Under the pieces are notes generated by a model. The model did not search any database and was not told where the DNA came from. It worked only from the letters and a program-made list of their open reading frames with translations. From Chiloscyllium plagiosum (taxonomy: Eukaryota), in the NCBI RefSeq assembly GCF_004010195.1, contig NC_057721.1, forward strand, positions 44,513,040 through 44,577,039: DNA of 64,000 nt, written 5' to 3'. Positions 1 through 13,153 of this stretch are shown here, one piece after another. The position numbers and the translations under genes were made by a program. Positions within the stretch are counted from its first letter, which is position 1; every line of letters starts with the position of its first letter.

Positions 1-58
1 TAGTATTTTAAGATATATTTTTGTTTAATCATTAATCATTTTTTTCTCTTTTTCTTAG

Positions 59-466
59 TTATTCCAGACACACTCAGTGCAACATCGGTACCCCAGACCC
101 TGGATAAAGTTGAAGGTGACTCCCTGGAACTGGTCTGTGAAGTATCTAAACAAACAGCACAGCACACACACGTGGCTGTCACATGGTACATACAGAAGGG
201 AAATCAGAACCTCAAGGTCATCTCTCTCACACGAGATTTCATCCTACGTTCTGGAGATTCATACAAACAAAGGCAGGCATCAGGAGATGTACGATTGGAT
301 AAGATTGGAGCGACTTCATTCAAACTCACCATCTATAAACTGCAGGCATTTGATCAAGGAGAGTTCTACTGTGAGGCTAGAGAATGGATCCAAGACCCAG
401 ATCGGTCTTGGTTCACCATAGCTACCAAGCGCACTGACAAAACAATTGTGAATATAAAAGCTACCG
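59..466 (+). CDS. IGSF3: IGSF3 coding exon, Ig V-type domain 2 (408 nt, phase 1-1)
   Basis: Pyrimidine tract + ttag acceptor (AG 57-58); donor G|gtaagt (GT 467-468). Translates IPDTLSATSVPQTLDKVEGDSLELVCEVS...VISLTRDF...GDVRLDK...DQGEFYCEAREWIQDPDRSW, which closely matches recalled human IGSF3 D2 (VIPDSL..PQTL..LELTCEV..DQGEFYCEAAEWIQDPDGSW) including the EWI motif. Confidence 0.93.
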
Positions 467-924
467 GTAAGTGGTTGTCATTGAAAATGTGATCACCATA
501 GCTATTATAGGAGCAAGTAGAGAATAATGCATTGTGGGCATATAACATACAGTGTGAGAAAGGTAGCACTAAAATAGTTAGGTCAGGTTCCTGGAGCAAC
601 AAGAAATGGTTATCTCCTGAATGCACTCTGAAAGACAGAACACATTAGCCATTGATGCCAACCAGAGGGTAAGTATGGAGCTGAGTAGAAATATTAGAGA
701 ATAGCCATACGCAATTACTTATATAAACAATTGGTTAGATAGTAATGCCCTTAACCTATTTGTCAGTTACATTTAGTTGCACACAACTGAGTTAACATTC
801 AACATTGATAAATTTCTCAAACACCATAGGCTAAGGGAAGATGCATTAAATACAGAAAGCTGCGTCAGCTTGGCTTCATGAAATTGGCCCACCCTGGGAG
901 GTTTTACGAACAGCAGAGCTGGAT

Positions 925-1550
925 GTTTTCTGATAGGGGCTATAGACAGGTTCTACATGAATTTGAAAAGGCAAGGTCTGACGAGGGATAGTCAGCATAG
1001 CTTTGTGGTTGGGAAATTGTGTCTCAAAAATTTAATTGAGTTTTTTGAAGAGGTGGCCAAAAATATAGATTAAGGCAGAGGGGTAAAGAGTATAGGTTTA
1101 AGGTGCTAGGGAAAAAAATTAAAAGAGACCTGAAGGGGCAATATTTTCACACAGAAGGTATTTTTATATTAGATTAAATTCCCTACAGTATGGAAACAGG
1201 CCCTTCGGCCCAACAAGTCCACACCGACCCTTCTAAGAGTAACCCATCCAGACCCATTCCCCTACACTGTATTTACCCATGACTAATGCACCTAACATGA
1301 TGGGCAATTTATCATGGCCAATTCACCTGACCTGCACATCTTTGGATTGTGGGAGGAAACTGGAGGGTGGTGTGTATATGGAACGAGCTGCCAGAGGAAA
1401 TGCAGGTACAATTGCAACACTTAAAAGGACATTTGGATAGGTAGATGGATAGGAAAGGTTTAGACAGTTATGGGCCAAACACAGGCAAATTGGGAAATTT
1501 GGCTGGCATGGACAAGATTGGCCGAAGAGAATGTTTCCATGCTGTATGAC
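925..1550 (+). mobile_element. CR1-type LINE fragment, interrupted by a V-SINE
   Basis: RT-region remnants (IRDSQHSFV..CL.NLIEFFEEV) and the typical 3' end (ggaacgagctgccagagg..ggcatggacaag). Confidence 0.75.
1169..1365 (-). mobile_element. HE1-like V-SINE, partial
   Basis: Reverse complement of the SINE at 4013-4353 (ccctacagtatggaaacaggcccttcggccc..catggccaattcacct). Confidence 0.8.
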
Positions 1551-2594
1551 CTAACAGGGCAATTAGCATTGTGTCAGTGGTGGATTAACTGCTTGCCACT
1601 TGTCACTTAAGTCAAGGTGCCCTCCCTCCCAGTGAATGCCCAGGTAGAGGACGGGGGACTGGGGTAGAGTTGTTTTTTTTAAAGCAAAGTGGGGACTACA
1701 GACAGGGAGGACACACCCTACAGTTTCCCAGCAATTTCTCCTTAGAGAGCTTTCTTGTCAAGCACTGAGGCCTATTTTTTATTAAAGATGTTTCTGCTGC
1801 CATCTGGACTCTGTGCCCCAACTCCTGGTAGTGCTGCTGAGTTTTCAATCCTCTGTAATAAAAACAAGACAGTGGAGAAACTCAGTGGATCTGACAGCAT
1901 CTGTGGGGGATGGGGAGACAGTGCTAACTTTTTGAGTCCAAAATAACTCTTCAATTCTAATTCTAGAGATGCTCTGCTGAGACTTTTTAAAAATCTAGAG
2001 CAGAGCTAAGTAAGAACAGTCCCAACTACCTGTAGTGAGGGAGGAAAGGTGGTTAGTGACGATATTTTGATAAATTGTTAAAGATCACAAGGAGAATGAG
2101 CTGGGGAATTGATTGTAAAGGTGAGAATATTATGCTACAGTTAAATAGTCATTGGTGAGACCACATCAATTTTGATCTCCTTATTTAAGAAAGGACATAA
2201 TTGCAACATAAGTAGTTCAAAGAAGGTCCACTCAACTGATTCCTGGTATTAAGTGGTTATCTTAGAGGATAGTTTAGGTCTGTATCGATTGAAGTTTAGA
2301 AGAATAAATAGTGTTTCTAGGAGAGACTAGAAATAGGGAACACAACTTAAACAACACAGAATCACAGAATTATTGCAATGTGGAAGGAGCTCATACGGTC
2401 CATCCTCCCTGCACCAGCTCAGTTATCTAGTACAGCTGTTATATAAATAAGAAGAAATTTTTCCTTTATCAAATTCTCTTCTCTGTGCTGGAGACAAGGT
2501 CATTGAACATTTTTACAACTGTATTAGATGGGTTTTTGATTAACAACAGAGTCAAGTAGGAAGTAGATAGGGAAGTAGGTGGGGGGTGGAGGGG

Positions 2595-3810
2595 GTGGAG
2601 TAGTATTATCGCTAGACTGTTAATCCCAATAATGTTCTAGGGACCAAGGTTCCTATCCAACCATGATTAAAATGATAAAGAATAATGTCTGGAATTAAGA
2701 GTCTAATGATGAACTCAAATCTATTGTCAATTGCTACAAAAACCCATCTAGTTTACTCATATCCTTTTACAGACCTCATCACCAGGGGCATATTTTCCTC
2801 CCCATCCCTACCTGCGTTCCACAGAGACCGTTGCCTCTGCGACTCCCTTGTTAGGTCATGCTCCCCCACCAACTCAGCCTCCATTCCCAGCACCTTCCTT
2901 GCTGCCGCACCCACACCTACCACCAACACCCCTCCCCACCCCAAACCTTTCAACCAATGCCCCAAAGGATCCTTCCACATTCGGCAGAGATTCTCCTGCA
3001 CCTCAACACAAGTCATCTACTGTGTCCGTTGCTCTCGATGTGGTTTCCTCTACAATGGAGAGACAGGATGCCACCTTGCAATATCTCTGGGACACATGCA
3101 CTAAACAACCCCACCACCTTGTTGCCAAACACTTCAACTTTCCTTCACTCTCAGCCAAGGATATGCAAGTCCAGGGCCTCCTCCAACACCAAATGCTAGC
3201 CTTCCGACACCTAGAGGAAGAACACCTCATCTTCCGCCTTGGGACCTTCCAACCGCACAGGATCAATGTTGATTTCACCGGTTTCCTCATCTCCCCTACC
3301 CCCACCTTATCCTAGATCCAAACCCCCCAACTCGGCACCACCCTCTGTCCTACCTGTCCATCTTCCTTCCTATCTGCTCCAACCTCCTTTCCGACCTATC
3401 ACCATCACCCCCCACATTCATCTACCTACCGCATTCCCAGCTACCTTCTCCCCAGCCCCAGCCCCCTCCCATGTATCTCTCAGCCCCCTTGGGCCACCTC
3501 CACATTTCTGATGAAGTGCTTATACTCAAAACATCAATTCTCCTGCTCCTTGGATGCTGCCTGACTGGCTGTGCTTTTCCAGCGTCACACTTTTTAACTC
3601 TGATCTCCAGCATCTGTAGTCCTCACTTTCTCCCTAATCATGTCCTTTAGGAAAGGAAACTACCATGCTTACCTGGTCTGACCTACATATGACTCCAGAC
3701 CCTCAGCAATGTGGCTGACTCTCAACTGCCCCTCTGGGCAATTTGGGATGTGCAATAAATGCAGGCCTAGTCAGCGATGCCCTCATCCCATGAATGATCA
3801 AAAAAAAATA
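2595..3810 (+). mobile_element. tRNA-derived SINE (halves about 2595-2767 and 3638-3810) split by a Penelope-like insertion
   Basis: tRNA-like head, A-rich tail at about 3800, and a near-duplicated junction tcatatccttt (2757-2767) / tcatgtccttt (3638-3648). Confidence 0.6.
2768..3637 (+). mobile_element. Penelope-like retroelement 3' part (GIY-YIG endonuclease remnant + degenerate hammerhead tail)
   Basis: Frameshifted peptide FSCTSTQVIYCVRCSRCGFLYNGET..VAKHFN..LEEEHLIFRLGTFQPHRIN, typical of PLE GIY-YIG domains; CTGATGA at 3508-3514. Confidence 0.85.
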
Positions 3811-4012
3811 AGTAGAGGTGCCACAAACACATCAATCATGGTCTTATTAAAAGGCTGAGCAGGTTCAAGGCAAGGTTGCCGATTTCTCAATTTATTATGT
3901 TCTAGGAATCTTTTTATTCAGTGAATGGTAATTAATAGAACCCGCTAGCCATGAGGGTGAGGCAAGTGATTTCAAGAGGTATTTGGGCAGGCATTTTAGG
4001 GGAAATAGACTT

Positions 4013-4353
4013 GCAGGATGGTGGCTCAGTGGTTAGCACTGCTACCTCACAGTGCCAGGGACCCAGGTTCAATTCCAGCCTCTGTCTGTGTCGAGTTTGG
4101 ACATTCTCCCCGTGTCTGTGTGGATTCCCTCAGGATGCTCCAGTTTGCTCCCACAGTATAAAGATGTGCAGGTTCGGTGAATTGGCCATGCTAAATTGCC
4201 CAAGTGCTCAGGGATGTGTAGGTTAGGTGCATTAGTCAGGGGTAAATGTAGACTAATAGGGTAGTGGAATGGCTCTGGATGGGATACTCTTCAGAGGGTC
4301 AGTGTGGACTTGTCGGGCCAAATGGCCTGTTTCCATACTGTAGGGATTCTATG
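4013..4353 (+). mobile_element. HE1-like tRNA-derived V-SINE, near full length
   Basis: Pol III box A TGGCTCAGTGG (4022-4032), box B GGTTCAATTCC (4066-4076), V-domain-like core and a CR1-like tail. Confidence 0.88.
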
Positions 4354-4834
4354 GTGAGGACCATGGGGAATGGAAGTAAGTGGATTACTCTTCCAGAGAA
4401 TTGGCATGGATTGGCTTCTTTCTGTATCACAATGATTTTACAACTCTGTGAAAATGCTGTGCCAAGCAGCAGCTAAAATATGAAACTAAAACAGAACTGA
4501 CTGGCAAAACACAGCAGGTTTGGGAACTTCTGTGGAAGAAAGCAGAGTTAACTCTTTGACTCTGGTGACTCTTCATTGGAACACCATACTCTTCTTTCTC
4601 CCCACAAAAGTTGCCAGGCTGTGTTTTACCAGCGATTTCTCTTTTTGGTTCAGATCTCCAGCATCCAAAGTTCTTTGTTTATTGCAGATAAAATATCCCA
4701 GATAAGAGTCAAATCCTTTAGGAGAGAGACAGAGAAGATTTGAAATTTTGGAGGACAAACTGCAATATGCACATATGATTTTATGATTTGAAAAACAAGC
4801 TTCTGTTTTTAATTCTTCACTTCGGGAATCCCAG

Positions 4835-5060
4835 GAATCAGTTTAGCTCAGTTGGCTGGATCGTTGGTTTTATGAGCAGTGTGACACCAACAGCAAGGGT
4901 TCAAATCCTGTCACCAGTTTGAGGTTACTATGAAGAACTCTCCTTCTCAATCTCTTCCCTTCCTTGAGGTCTGGTGGACCTCAGGTTAAGTCACCAGCAG
5001 TTGCTTCTCTCAAATGAGAGAGCTGCCCCAAGTTCTGATCAGACTGTGGTAACACCACTT
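4835..5060 (+). mobile_element. tRNA-derived SINE (second family)
   Basis: Box A tagctcagttgg and box B ggttcaaatcc; a related copy lies on the - strand at about 33650-33815. Confidence 0.65.
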
Positions 5061-5106
5061 GACTCCCAAGCTCTAATTGTGTCTGCATATCCATGTTCTG
5101 TTCTAG

Positions 5107-5496
5107 ATAAGAACTTCAATGTTCAGTTAGAGAATGAAAGGAGAATTCTCACAGCTGGAGACACGATGGAAATAAGGTGTATCATTGAAGCTCAAAATAT
5201 ACAGGATCGATATTTCTCAGTGTTGTGGATTTTTAATGGCACACAGATTGCCAACATTGGTCGAAATGCTGTAGCGACAGTCAATGGTGAATATGCAAAC
5301 AGAGATCGTCTGGGATACGTAAGGTTCACGAAGGAGACAGATACAACACACCTGCTGAAAATCTACCATGTTCAATTGACGGACAGTGGCAAATATCATT
5401 GCAGGGCCACTGAGCATGAGAAAACGGTGACGAGAGAATTCATTACCAGAGATACTAACAAATCTCCAAAAGTTTTGATCCATGTCCAGTCAATCA
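5107..5496 (+). CDS. IGSF3: IGSF3 coding exon, Ig domain 3 (390 nt, phase 1-1)
   Basis: ttctag acceptor (AG 5105-5106); A|gtaagt donor. DKNFNVQLENERR..IRCIIEAQNIQDRYFSVLW..LKIYH..DSGKYHCRATEHEKTVT matches recalled IGSF3 D3 (DKEFTVRLETEKR..RCILEAQNVPDRYFAVSW..DSGKYNCRVTEREKTVT). In frame with the previous exon. Confidence 0.93.
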
Positions 5497-7539
5497 GTAA
5501 GTAACTATCTGAATAAACTTTTCATTTCTATATGAATTAATGACATGAAATGTATTGGTAGCTTGGGATAACTGTAGAACAATCCTCTGTGTGCGCTTTC
5601 AGGCAGACAAAGAAGCTAATTTGATAAAGCAGTGCCTCCAGTTACTGTGTTTTTTTGTCAAAAGTAGTTTTTCTCTGTAACTGATGTTGTCTTGTGTTTT
5701 AAATTCAACGAATCTAATCAGTTAAGTTTTAGTTCCTGTACTATCAAGGTTGCCCTAGGCTGTGTGGAAATATTGTTGCTCAGTTACACAGCTCTTATCA
5801 GTGTAGTATGAAAGCGAGAAAAAAACTTTCCCATGGCTTTGAAAGGTTCTGCTTGTTTCTATTAGTTCTTCATAAAGGAATCTGAGTTTGATGTGGCCCA
5901 GTTATTTGAAAAATAAATGTAGTATTGCCATTTTAGGAGTCATGAAAAACAGCATCACAGGGTGAAAGTTTCATCCACTTTTTCTGCTGTTGTGCAGAAG
6001 CATTAGCATAAAAACATGGGTTTAAAGGAACTTTTTGATTTTGAGTGACATTAGTTTTTGTTCATCAAGAAGCAACTGCAGTGACGACCTAGTGTGTCAG
6101 ATCCCTGCCTGCAGCTTGTGATGTCAGTTCCATTGTTCATACAGATCCAAACAAAAGCTGACCAGAATGACTGACTGAAAATCACAAGCCAGTGTCAGCA
6201 TTGAGAGCATTTCCTTTGATGTTTTTGCCTTTCATCTTTCCCCTAAAAATGATGGAAGCTATATTTCCACAGAAACAGCAATACATTATGGTATTAATGT
6301 CAGATTTAAACATTTTTTTCACATGAAAGTATATGAGTCTGCTGTGAAGAAATGAAAACGATCATTAATGTATTTCACACTGACATACATTTATTGGAAG
6401 TGCTCTGACTTCAGGTCTTCAGGGTTTCAAAAAGAATTGATGGACGATAAAGACAATAATGTTAAAGCAATGCACGGAAAGACTTGTTCATCATGATGGG
6501 TGAACAAAGAAAGCTCCTGCCCTACTCTCCATCTGATTTCTACCTGTCCCTGTTCAGTCACTGACCATTTGAGATCCATTTTCCATATTTATCATTTGCA
6601 TTCCTGTTGCAGTTCAAATCAAAACCAAAATCTGATGAAGTCCAACTGCTATAATTAAAATAATTAACTTCATAAATATGTCATTTTTAATTCAGAGACA
6701 ACTCTATAGCAACTGCATTTGTGATTATTATTACTTTTAATTGATGTGCCGTTATTGTATGCTGTCCACAATTTCTAACTTTCTCATGAGTTAATCCATA
6801 CAATAAAATAAAATTTGGTATGCACATGTTACAGTAACATTGCTCATAATAGCTTCCAGGCTTCTAGTCTCTCTGTGATTAGATGTATAAATTGAAACTG
6901 AAATGTCCCTATGAAGTAGCAAGCCTAATCAAAATAGTTCACTCAACCATAATGTAAATATATTCTTTGCAACAGTTGTTATTCATGGCCAACATAGAAG
7001 TTAGCTTCCATCGATAACTCCGCAGTTTCCATGAATTGAAGCTTGATGTTATCCAGAAAATAAGCTGGGTGGTATTGCCATGTTGCAAACAATTAACTTT
7101 TCTATTACTGGTATGCACATTTGAAATAAATTGGCCTTGTATTATGTGATCTCTCCAAAGATGAAATGACTATGCTGTGTACTCAGGCTAAAAATTTAAA
7201 ACAGTCTTTGCTGTAATAAGGTTACACTAAAGCACGATTGAATTACACTCTTTGAAAAATGGTATTACTACTCTCAAAACAGCAAACTCTTTTGTGTTTT
7301 TATTTGCTTAAATACAAAGAGTAGCACACACTGACTGCTCCGTAAAGGCAGTGGCTGCAGCAAATCTAACAGAAGATTGAAAGAATGTATGTCACTTCTG
7401 TCCTAGATTTAGGCAGCTTTAGGCTAATTAGAGCAAAACAAAAATAAAAGTAGATGGTTTAGATATTTTGTTGATTTAACAGTAGCTATTCTTTAATCAG
7501 GAACTGCTTATTCTGATACAATGTGAGCAACATCTAGAG

Positions 7540-8300
7540 AAACAACTTATATAGCACTTTTAGTGCAATGACGTGTCCATGGATGCTTCACAGGAGCATT
7601 GTAAAACACAGCATGACACTGATTCACATAAGGAGGTCAAAAGTTTGATCAAAGAGCAAATTTTTAAGGACTGTCTTAATAAAGGCATGTGAGACAGCAA
7701 GAAGGAGAGCTGCAAGGAAGGAATTCCAGAGCTTGGGTCATCGGCAGCAGAAGGCCTCCAGTGGTAGAGAAATTATCATTAGAAATGCCCAACAAGTCAG
7801 AATTAGATCAGCGCAGTTATGTCAGAGGGTTGTGGGGTTGAAGTAGATAAAGATGGGCAAGACTGCAGAGAGATTTGAAAAATAATGGGTATTTTAAAGT
7901 CAAGACCTCACAAGGCCAGGGACCAATATAAGCACGAGAGCACAAGAGTGATAGGAGAACCGAACTTGCTGTCAGTTAAAACACAGCAACTGAGTTTTGG
8001 AGAGCAAAATATGAGATACCAGTCACAACCACCAAAGATACATTAGAATAGCTGAGTTCGCAAGTAACGATGACAAGAATGAGGACTCCCAACAGCAGTG
8101 AAGCTGAGACAGGGGCAAAGTCAGCTGGCATTGCCAGTGGAAAACACAGTCTTAGTGATGGAACAGACATTAGATTGGAAGTTCACGTCTGGACCAAATA
8201 TGGCACCAAAGTTGCTTAAAAGATTAGTTTACCCTCACATTGTTGTCTGAGAGAAGGATGGAATGGATAACTAGGAATAGAATTGGGAGCAAGTAAGTTT
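7540..8300 (-). mobile_element. Old L2-like LINE 3' fragment
   Basis: Resembles recalled L2-type 3' ends (caacttatatagcacttt..gcttcacaggag..tttttaagga); no intact ORF. Confidence 0.45.
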
Positions 8301-8786
8301 TCAAACTATAGACCATGTTCTTGAAGGTTCAGCATAAAAGAAAATGATAGTGTTTCTTCCAATATTGACAATATTATGTATATTACCATTTGTTTCTGAC
8401 CCATTGATCTAGTCCAAATCCTAGTCCATTTACAAACAAAGGCAAAAACAACTAATAGAGTAACCTTTTTTCCCTTTCTCTGCCACACTTGTGTGTTAAT
8501 CCTCAACTGTTTACCCTGGATTTATGACAGTAATATAACTGGATTATTGCCAGCGTTAAGATAACATTGATCAAAGCATCTCTCTATTACTAGTTCTGAC
8601 TGTTGCAAAGCAATGTTACCTTGAAAACAAAACATAAGTTATTTGTAAAATATTTATTGAATGGTATTGTGACAAATTCTCATAAAACAGATTCTTGTGG
8701 TCTGAAACAACATAGATCCTCAAATCTTGTATAATTGTCTTTCTACAAAACTACTAATTGAACTAATAATATTTTATTTCCTGCAG

Positions 8787-9188
8787 AAAGTAGCCTGAGT
8801 ATAACAGTTACCAGTAATACCACTAAGATTTTGGAGGGTAACTCACTCCAGTTCACTTGTGATGTTCAATCAGCAATCAGGAACCACAGTCGCCTTTCTG
8901 TCACCTGGCAGTTAATCAACAAACAGAAACAGGTTACTGATATCATCAGCTTGGATCAGGATGGTACTCAGATTATTGGCACACTCTACCATAAGCGTGA
9001 TGCTAATGGAGAACTCAGGCTGACCAAACAGCGACCAGATTCTTTCATCTTGCAGCTACATAATTCAGTGATATTGGATGATGGACAGTATGTTTGTACA
9101 GTCACTGAATGGATCATGAATGCGAGTGGGGATTGGCAGCAGATAGGAAAGCAATCTGCTCATATTGTAGCTGTGATAACACCTCTTG
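8787..9188 (+). CDS. IGSF3: IGSF3 coding exon, Ig domain 4 (402 nt, phase 1-1)
   Basis: tttcctgcag acceptor; G|gtaagt donor. KSSLSITVTSN..ILEGNSLQFTC..SVTWQL..LDQDGT..DDGQYVCTVTEWI matches recalled IGSF3 D4. Confidence 0.92.
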
Positions 9189-11759
9189 GTAAGTACTCAC
9201 ATCAAGACAAAACTCAAGGGCTGAAAATTTTCTGTGCACTATTCTAATCACTGTCTGATTATCTAAAAGGAGCAGTGTTATACGGATTAGAATAGCACTG
9301 GTTATGTTGTTGGAGTGGAAGTATTGATGGAGCAATGTATGACAGTTATAATGTGAAAATCTCAACTTTGGAATTACACCTGTGTGCAGAAGATAATGAT
9401 AGTTTGATATTTTCAACATGAGGATGTTGGATTGGATCCATCACAATTGACATAAGGAAGAATGTTCTGAAATCCTGTGTCTCCAATTGATTGAAACGTT
9501 AGTTGTGGTGATAATTAGTAGTAAGGAGAAGAGTGCTAGTGCACCCAATGCAGTTTATGGTGAGCTGGGATACTCGTAGTGTCTTTTACAATGCGTTCCT
9601 GGTATGCGGATTGCCTCTCCCATGCTAGTTAGCTGTTTCATGACTGGCTAGTAATTATCCTCCACAGAGTTGGTGGGTGGGAGGTAGAGGTGGCTGCTTG
9701 TCAGTGGGACAGAGAGTAGCTAGGATGTTTTTCATGAGTTGTTAAGATGATATGCCTGGCATGGAAGATTGTAACCAAGTCCAAAAAATTGTTTTAAGGC
9801 TTGACAATCTGAAAGCTTACTTGGCTGTGTTGAGATATACCTATGGTCAATTAAGAGGGAATCTCAAAGGGCCCTGAACCACATGGAGTCTGGTGAGATT
9901 TGTGGCAGAATCAGATGGGAAAGCCAAAGAGGAGTATCTCAATGTCAGAAGCAATTCGTTGTACTTCTTTGCAGTGCCAAGTGGCCAGGCAAGTTTCTCA
10001 CTAGATAGCACTGAATTGCTACTCATGTGGGATTGTAGTTTGTCAAAAGCTTTTTAGTGGCACAAATCACTTCATTAATATTCAGCTCTTTACCTTACCA
10101 TATGTGCTGAACGAAACAGACATCAAGCATTCTCGACATGGGAGTTAGAGCAAGTACCCAGCAACTTCACCTTACCGCTGGCTGTCAGGAGCCTTCATGT
10201 TGCTCAGGACAGTGCAGTATCTTGGGGTATGATCCATGACCATCAGCCACATGTAGCCCTCATGGAGCAGAGTGAGAAACTAGGTGAAGCTGAGGATCCG
10301 GGGAGTTAACTGGCAACTGGACAGATCCTGGTGCTGACAATGTCCACTGCAAGTTGTGTTCCCTGCCATTAGTTGCTGTTCTTCTTATACTAACTGCAGG
10401 GACAATGCTGAGGTTGGCAAAGCCAGTGTCATTTAATGGCAAAACATGGGTTCCACAGTTGTTGAGCCAGGACATTGAAGGTGCAAAATCATGAAACATG
10501 CATTTGCAAATTCCTGCTACATTTCATTTGCAATCATTTCTTCAATCATTTGCAATGCATGCAGAGTAAATATGCTTATATATCAAATGCTGGTCAGAGG
10601 CAGATTACATTATGCCATTGTTGCTTGCATAGTGATTGTTGCCATCCCAGTGATGCAGAAGTTAGTGGCAATGATGTAAAAGGAGAACAATGCTGGGCAA
10701 AGCATCCTATCACTTGTGAAACTTCGAAGGGTGCTGTGGGATGAAGGGGACATCACTGCGTCATATATTGTGTAAGTATTATGAAGGACTGCACCAAATT
10801 CAGTGATAACTTTCATGGCTGTATATGCTGTAAGCAGGGTCATGATGGAGGAGATGATAGACCTTCTGAAGATGAGTTCCATTGCTTGAACCAGTATGGG
10901 GGAGCCCTCCATTATAGTCCAGACTGAGGGTGACAAACCATCCTTGCTTGCTATGCTCTGCACACTGATGAAGATGATGAAGCTGTGATGTGTGCTGATG
11001 AGCTGGGCAAATAGAGCAGTCTTACAAGGAGCAGGATGAGAACATTGATCTGTAGGAAGCTATCCTTCTGCATGGCACTGCCTTAGCTGGGTGCAGCAGA
11101 TAAACATGGAGTGTGAAATAGTCATTGGTCATAATGTCAGCGTTTGTTTGGCAATATTGGGGCAAACTGCAGTCTCTACTAGTTTTGTTTGTGTTCACTT
11201 TTGCTGGTTGTTAATCAACCTTATGTTCGGAATTCCCAATTTGCTTGTCTATATTTGAAGTCCAATGCTGGACATTGATAAAATATAGATAGTGGGCATG
11301 AGGGACAACATAGCACTGTCTTAGAGAAATCAGATGGATAAAGTGTGTGACCTGGTGGATAAACAGTGACGAGAGTCAGAGAATGGAGTTATGCCTGTGA
11401 GGAAATCTCAGCCATTCCAGCTGTGTGTCAAGAGCAGCATGACGTTGTGGCTGCTGTGCCATTTCATTGCCTTGAGGGAGTGCCAATGCTAGCTCAGGCA
11501 CACAGTGGTCTTTTGAAGATGGCGTTAGTGCTAGGGATGTTGGTCTTTCAAGGGCTATCTGGTGAGTGTTGATTGTTCTGGGAATGATACACATTAAGAT
11601 GGGGATAGAATCAGACATGAGAGAGTTTGGTAAGATATGATGAGAAATTTCACGAGGCCTCATGTGTGACTCCTTCAAAAAAAACTCAGTGCTTTTTACA
11701 CAGAGCCAAAATTGTAAGATTCAATCCACAATAGTCACTGGCTATATAAATACTGTGGA

Positions 11760-12640
11760 GATTAGTTAGCAAGGTTAGATCATATGGAATACAGGGAGAA
11801 CTAGCCATTTAAATACAAAATTGGTGTGAAAGTAGGAGAACAGGAGGTGGTGTGGAAAGTTGCTCTTCAGACTGGAGGTCTGTGACCAATGGTATGTCGC
11901 AAGGATCGGTGCTGGGTCCAATGCTTTAGGGGTGTGAATATACGAGGAATGGATAGTAAGTTTGCAGATAAAACCAAAATTGATGGTGTAGTGGAGAACC
12001 AAGAAGGTTACCTCAGTGTACAAGGGACCTTGATCAGATGGGCAAAGGGGCCAAGGAGTGGCAGATGAAGTTTAATTTAGATAAATGTGAAGTGCTGCAT
12101 TTTGGAAAGGCAAATCAGGTCAGGACTTATACACTTAATGATAAGGTCCTGGGGAGTGTTGCTGAACAAAGAGACCTTGGAGTGCAGGTTCATAATTGAA
12201 AGTGGGGTTTGCAAGTAAACAGGTGGTGACAAACTTGTTTGGCTTGCTTGCGTTTATTGGTCAGTGCATTGAGCATAGGTGTTGAAAGGGCATGTTGCAA
12301 CTGTACAGCACATTGGATAGGCTACTTCCGGAATACTGCATTCAATTTTGGTCTCCCAGCTATAGGAAAGATATTAAGAAAATGGAAAAGGGTTCAGAAA
12401 GGATTTACAAGGATGTTGCCACGGTTGGAGGGTTTGAGCTGTAAGGAGAGGCTGAATAGGCTGATACAATTGCAGCATTTAGAAGGCATTTGGATGGGTA
12501 TATGAATAGGAAGGTTTTTGAGGGATATGGACCAAATGCTGACAAATGGGACTAGATTAATTTGGGACATCTAGTCAACCTGCACATTTTGGACCAAAGG
12601 GTCAGTTTCTGTGCAGTACATCTCTGTGATTGATACCCAT
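11760..12640 (+). mobile_element. CR1 LINE 3' fragment
   Basis: RT remnants (QGSVLGP, SKFAD, KCEVLHFG, RVQKGFTRMLP) and a CR1 3' UTR. Confidence 0.85.
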
Positions 12641-12751
12641 GAAAGTGGGTGTCTTGAGAAAGGAGAGGGTGGAAAGGGAAAATACCTTTCTATCACATGA
12701 AATGTTTGGAAGTTGGTAGTGATACTTTTTTTTTGTTTGATTACTCCACAG

Positions 12752-13153
12752 AAACAGGTTTCAGTGTTACAGCAATAACACGAACACCATCAGTGATTTA
12801 TGATAACGCATTTCAGCTTCAGTGCTTCATCAGACCAACCTATCCTTCTCGAGTATCAGTTTCTGTCACGTGGAAATTCCAGCCTGCTGGATCAAGCAAC
12901 AGCTATGACATTATCACATTTGCCCGTGACACATCCATTTCATGGGGAGAGAAGGCGACAAATTTTACAAATAAAATAATGATAACAAAGGCAGTGTCCA
13001 ACACTATCCGTTTGGTGGTCAATAAAGCCAGTGACTTAGAGGCTGGGAAATACCAGTGCATTGCTGAACTGTGGCATCAAAACCAGATGGACCAATGGGT
13101 GAGGAAAATCAGCAAATCTTCCAATATTCTGGAGGTCAAGGTTAAACCCCCTG
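12752..13153 (+). CDS. IGSF3: IGSF3 coding exon, Ig domain 5 (402 nt, phase 1-1)
   Basis: ccacag acceptor; G|gtaagt donor. ETGFSVTAITRTPSVIYDNAFQLQCFIRPTYP..VSVTWKFQP..ASDLEAGKYQCIAELW matches recalled IGSF3 D5 (EMGFAVTAISRTPGV..ASDTEAGKYQCVAELW). Confidence 0.93.

Noticed and set aside
77-421. 114-aa ORF overlapping the D2 exon
   Set aside because: Alternative frame of the real exon, with no recognisable motif.
4013-4085. tRNA gene (box A and box B present)
   Set aside because: It continues into the V-SINE core and recurs many times; it is a SINE head, not a tRNA.
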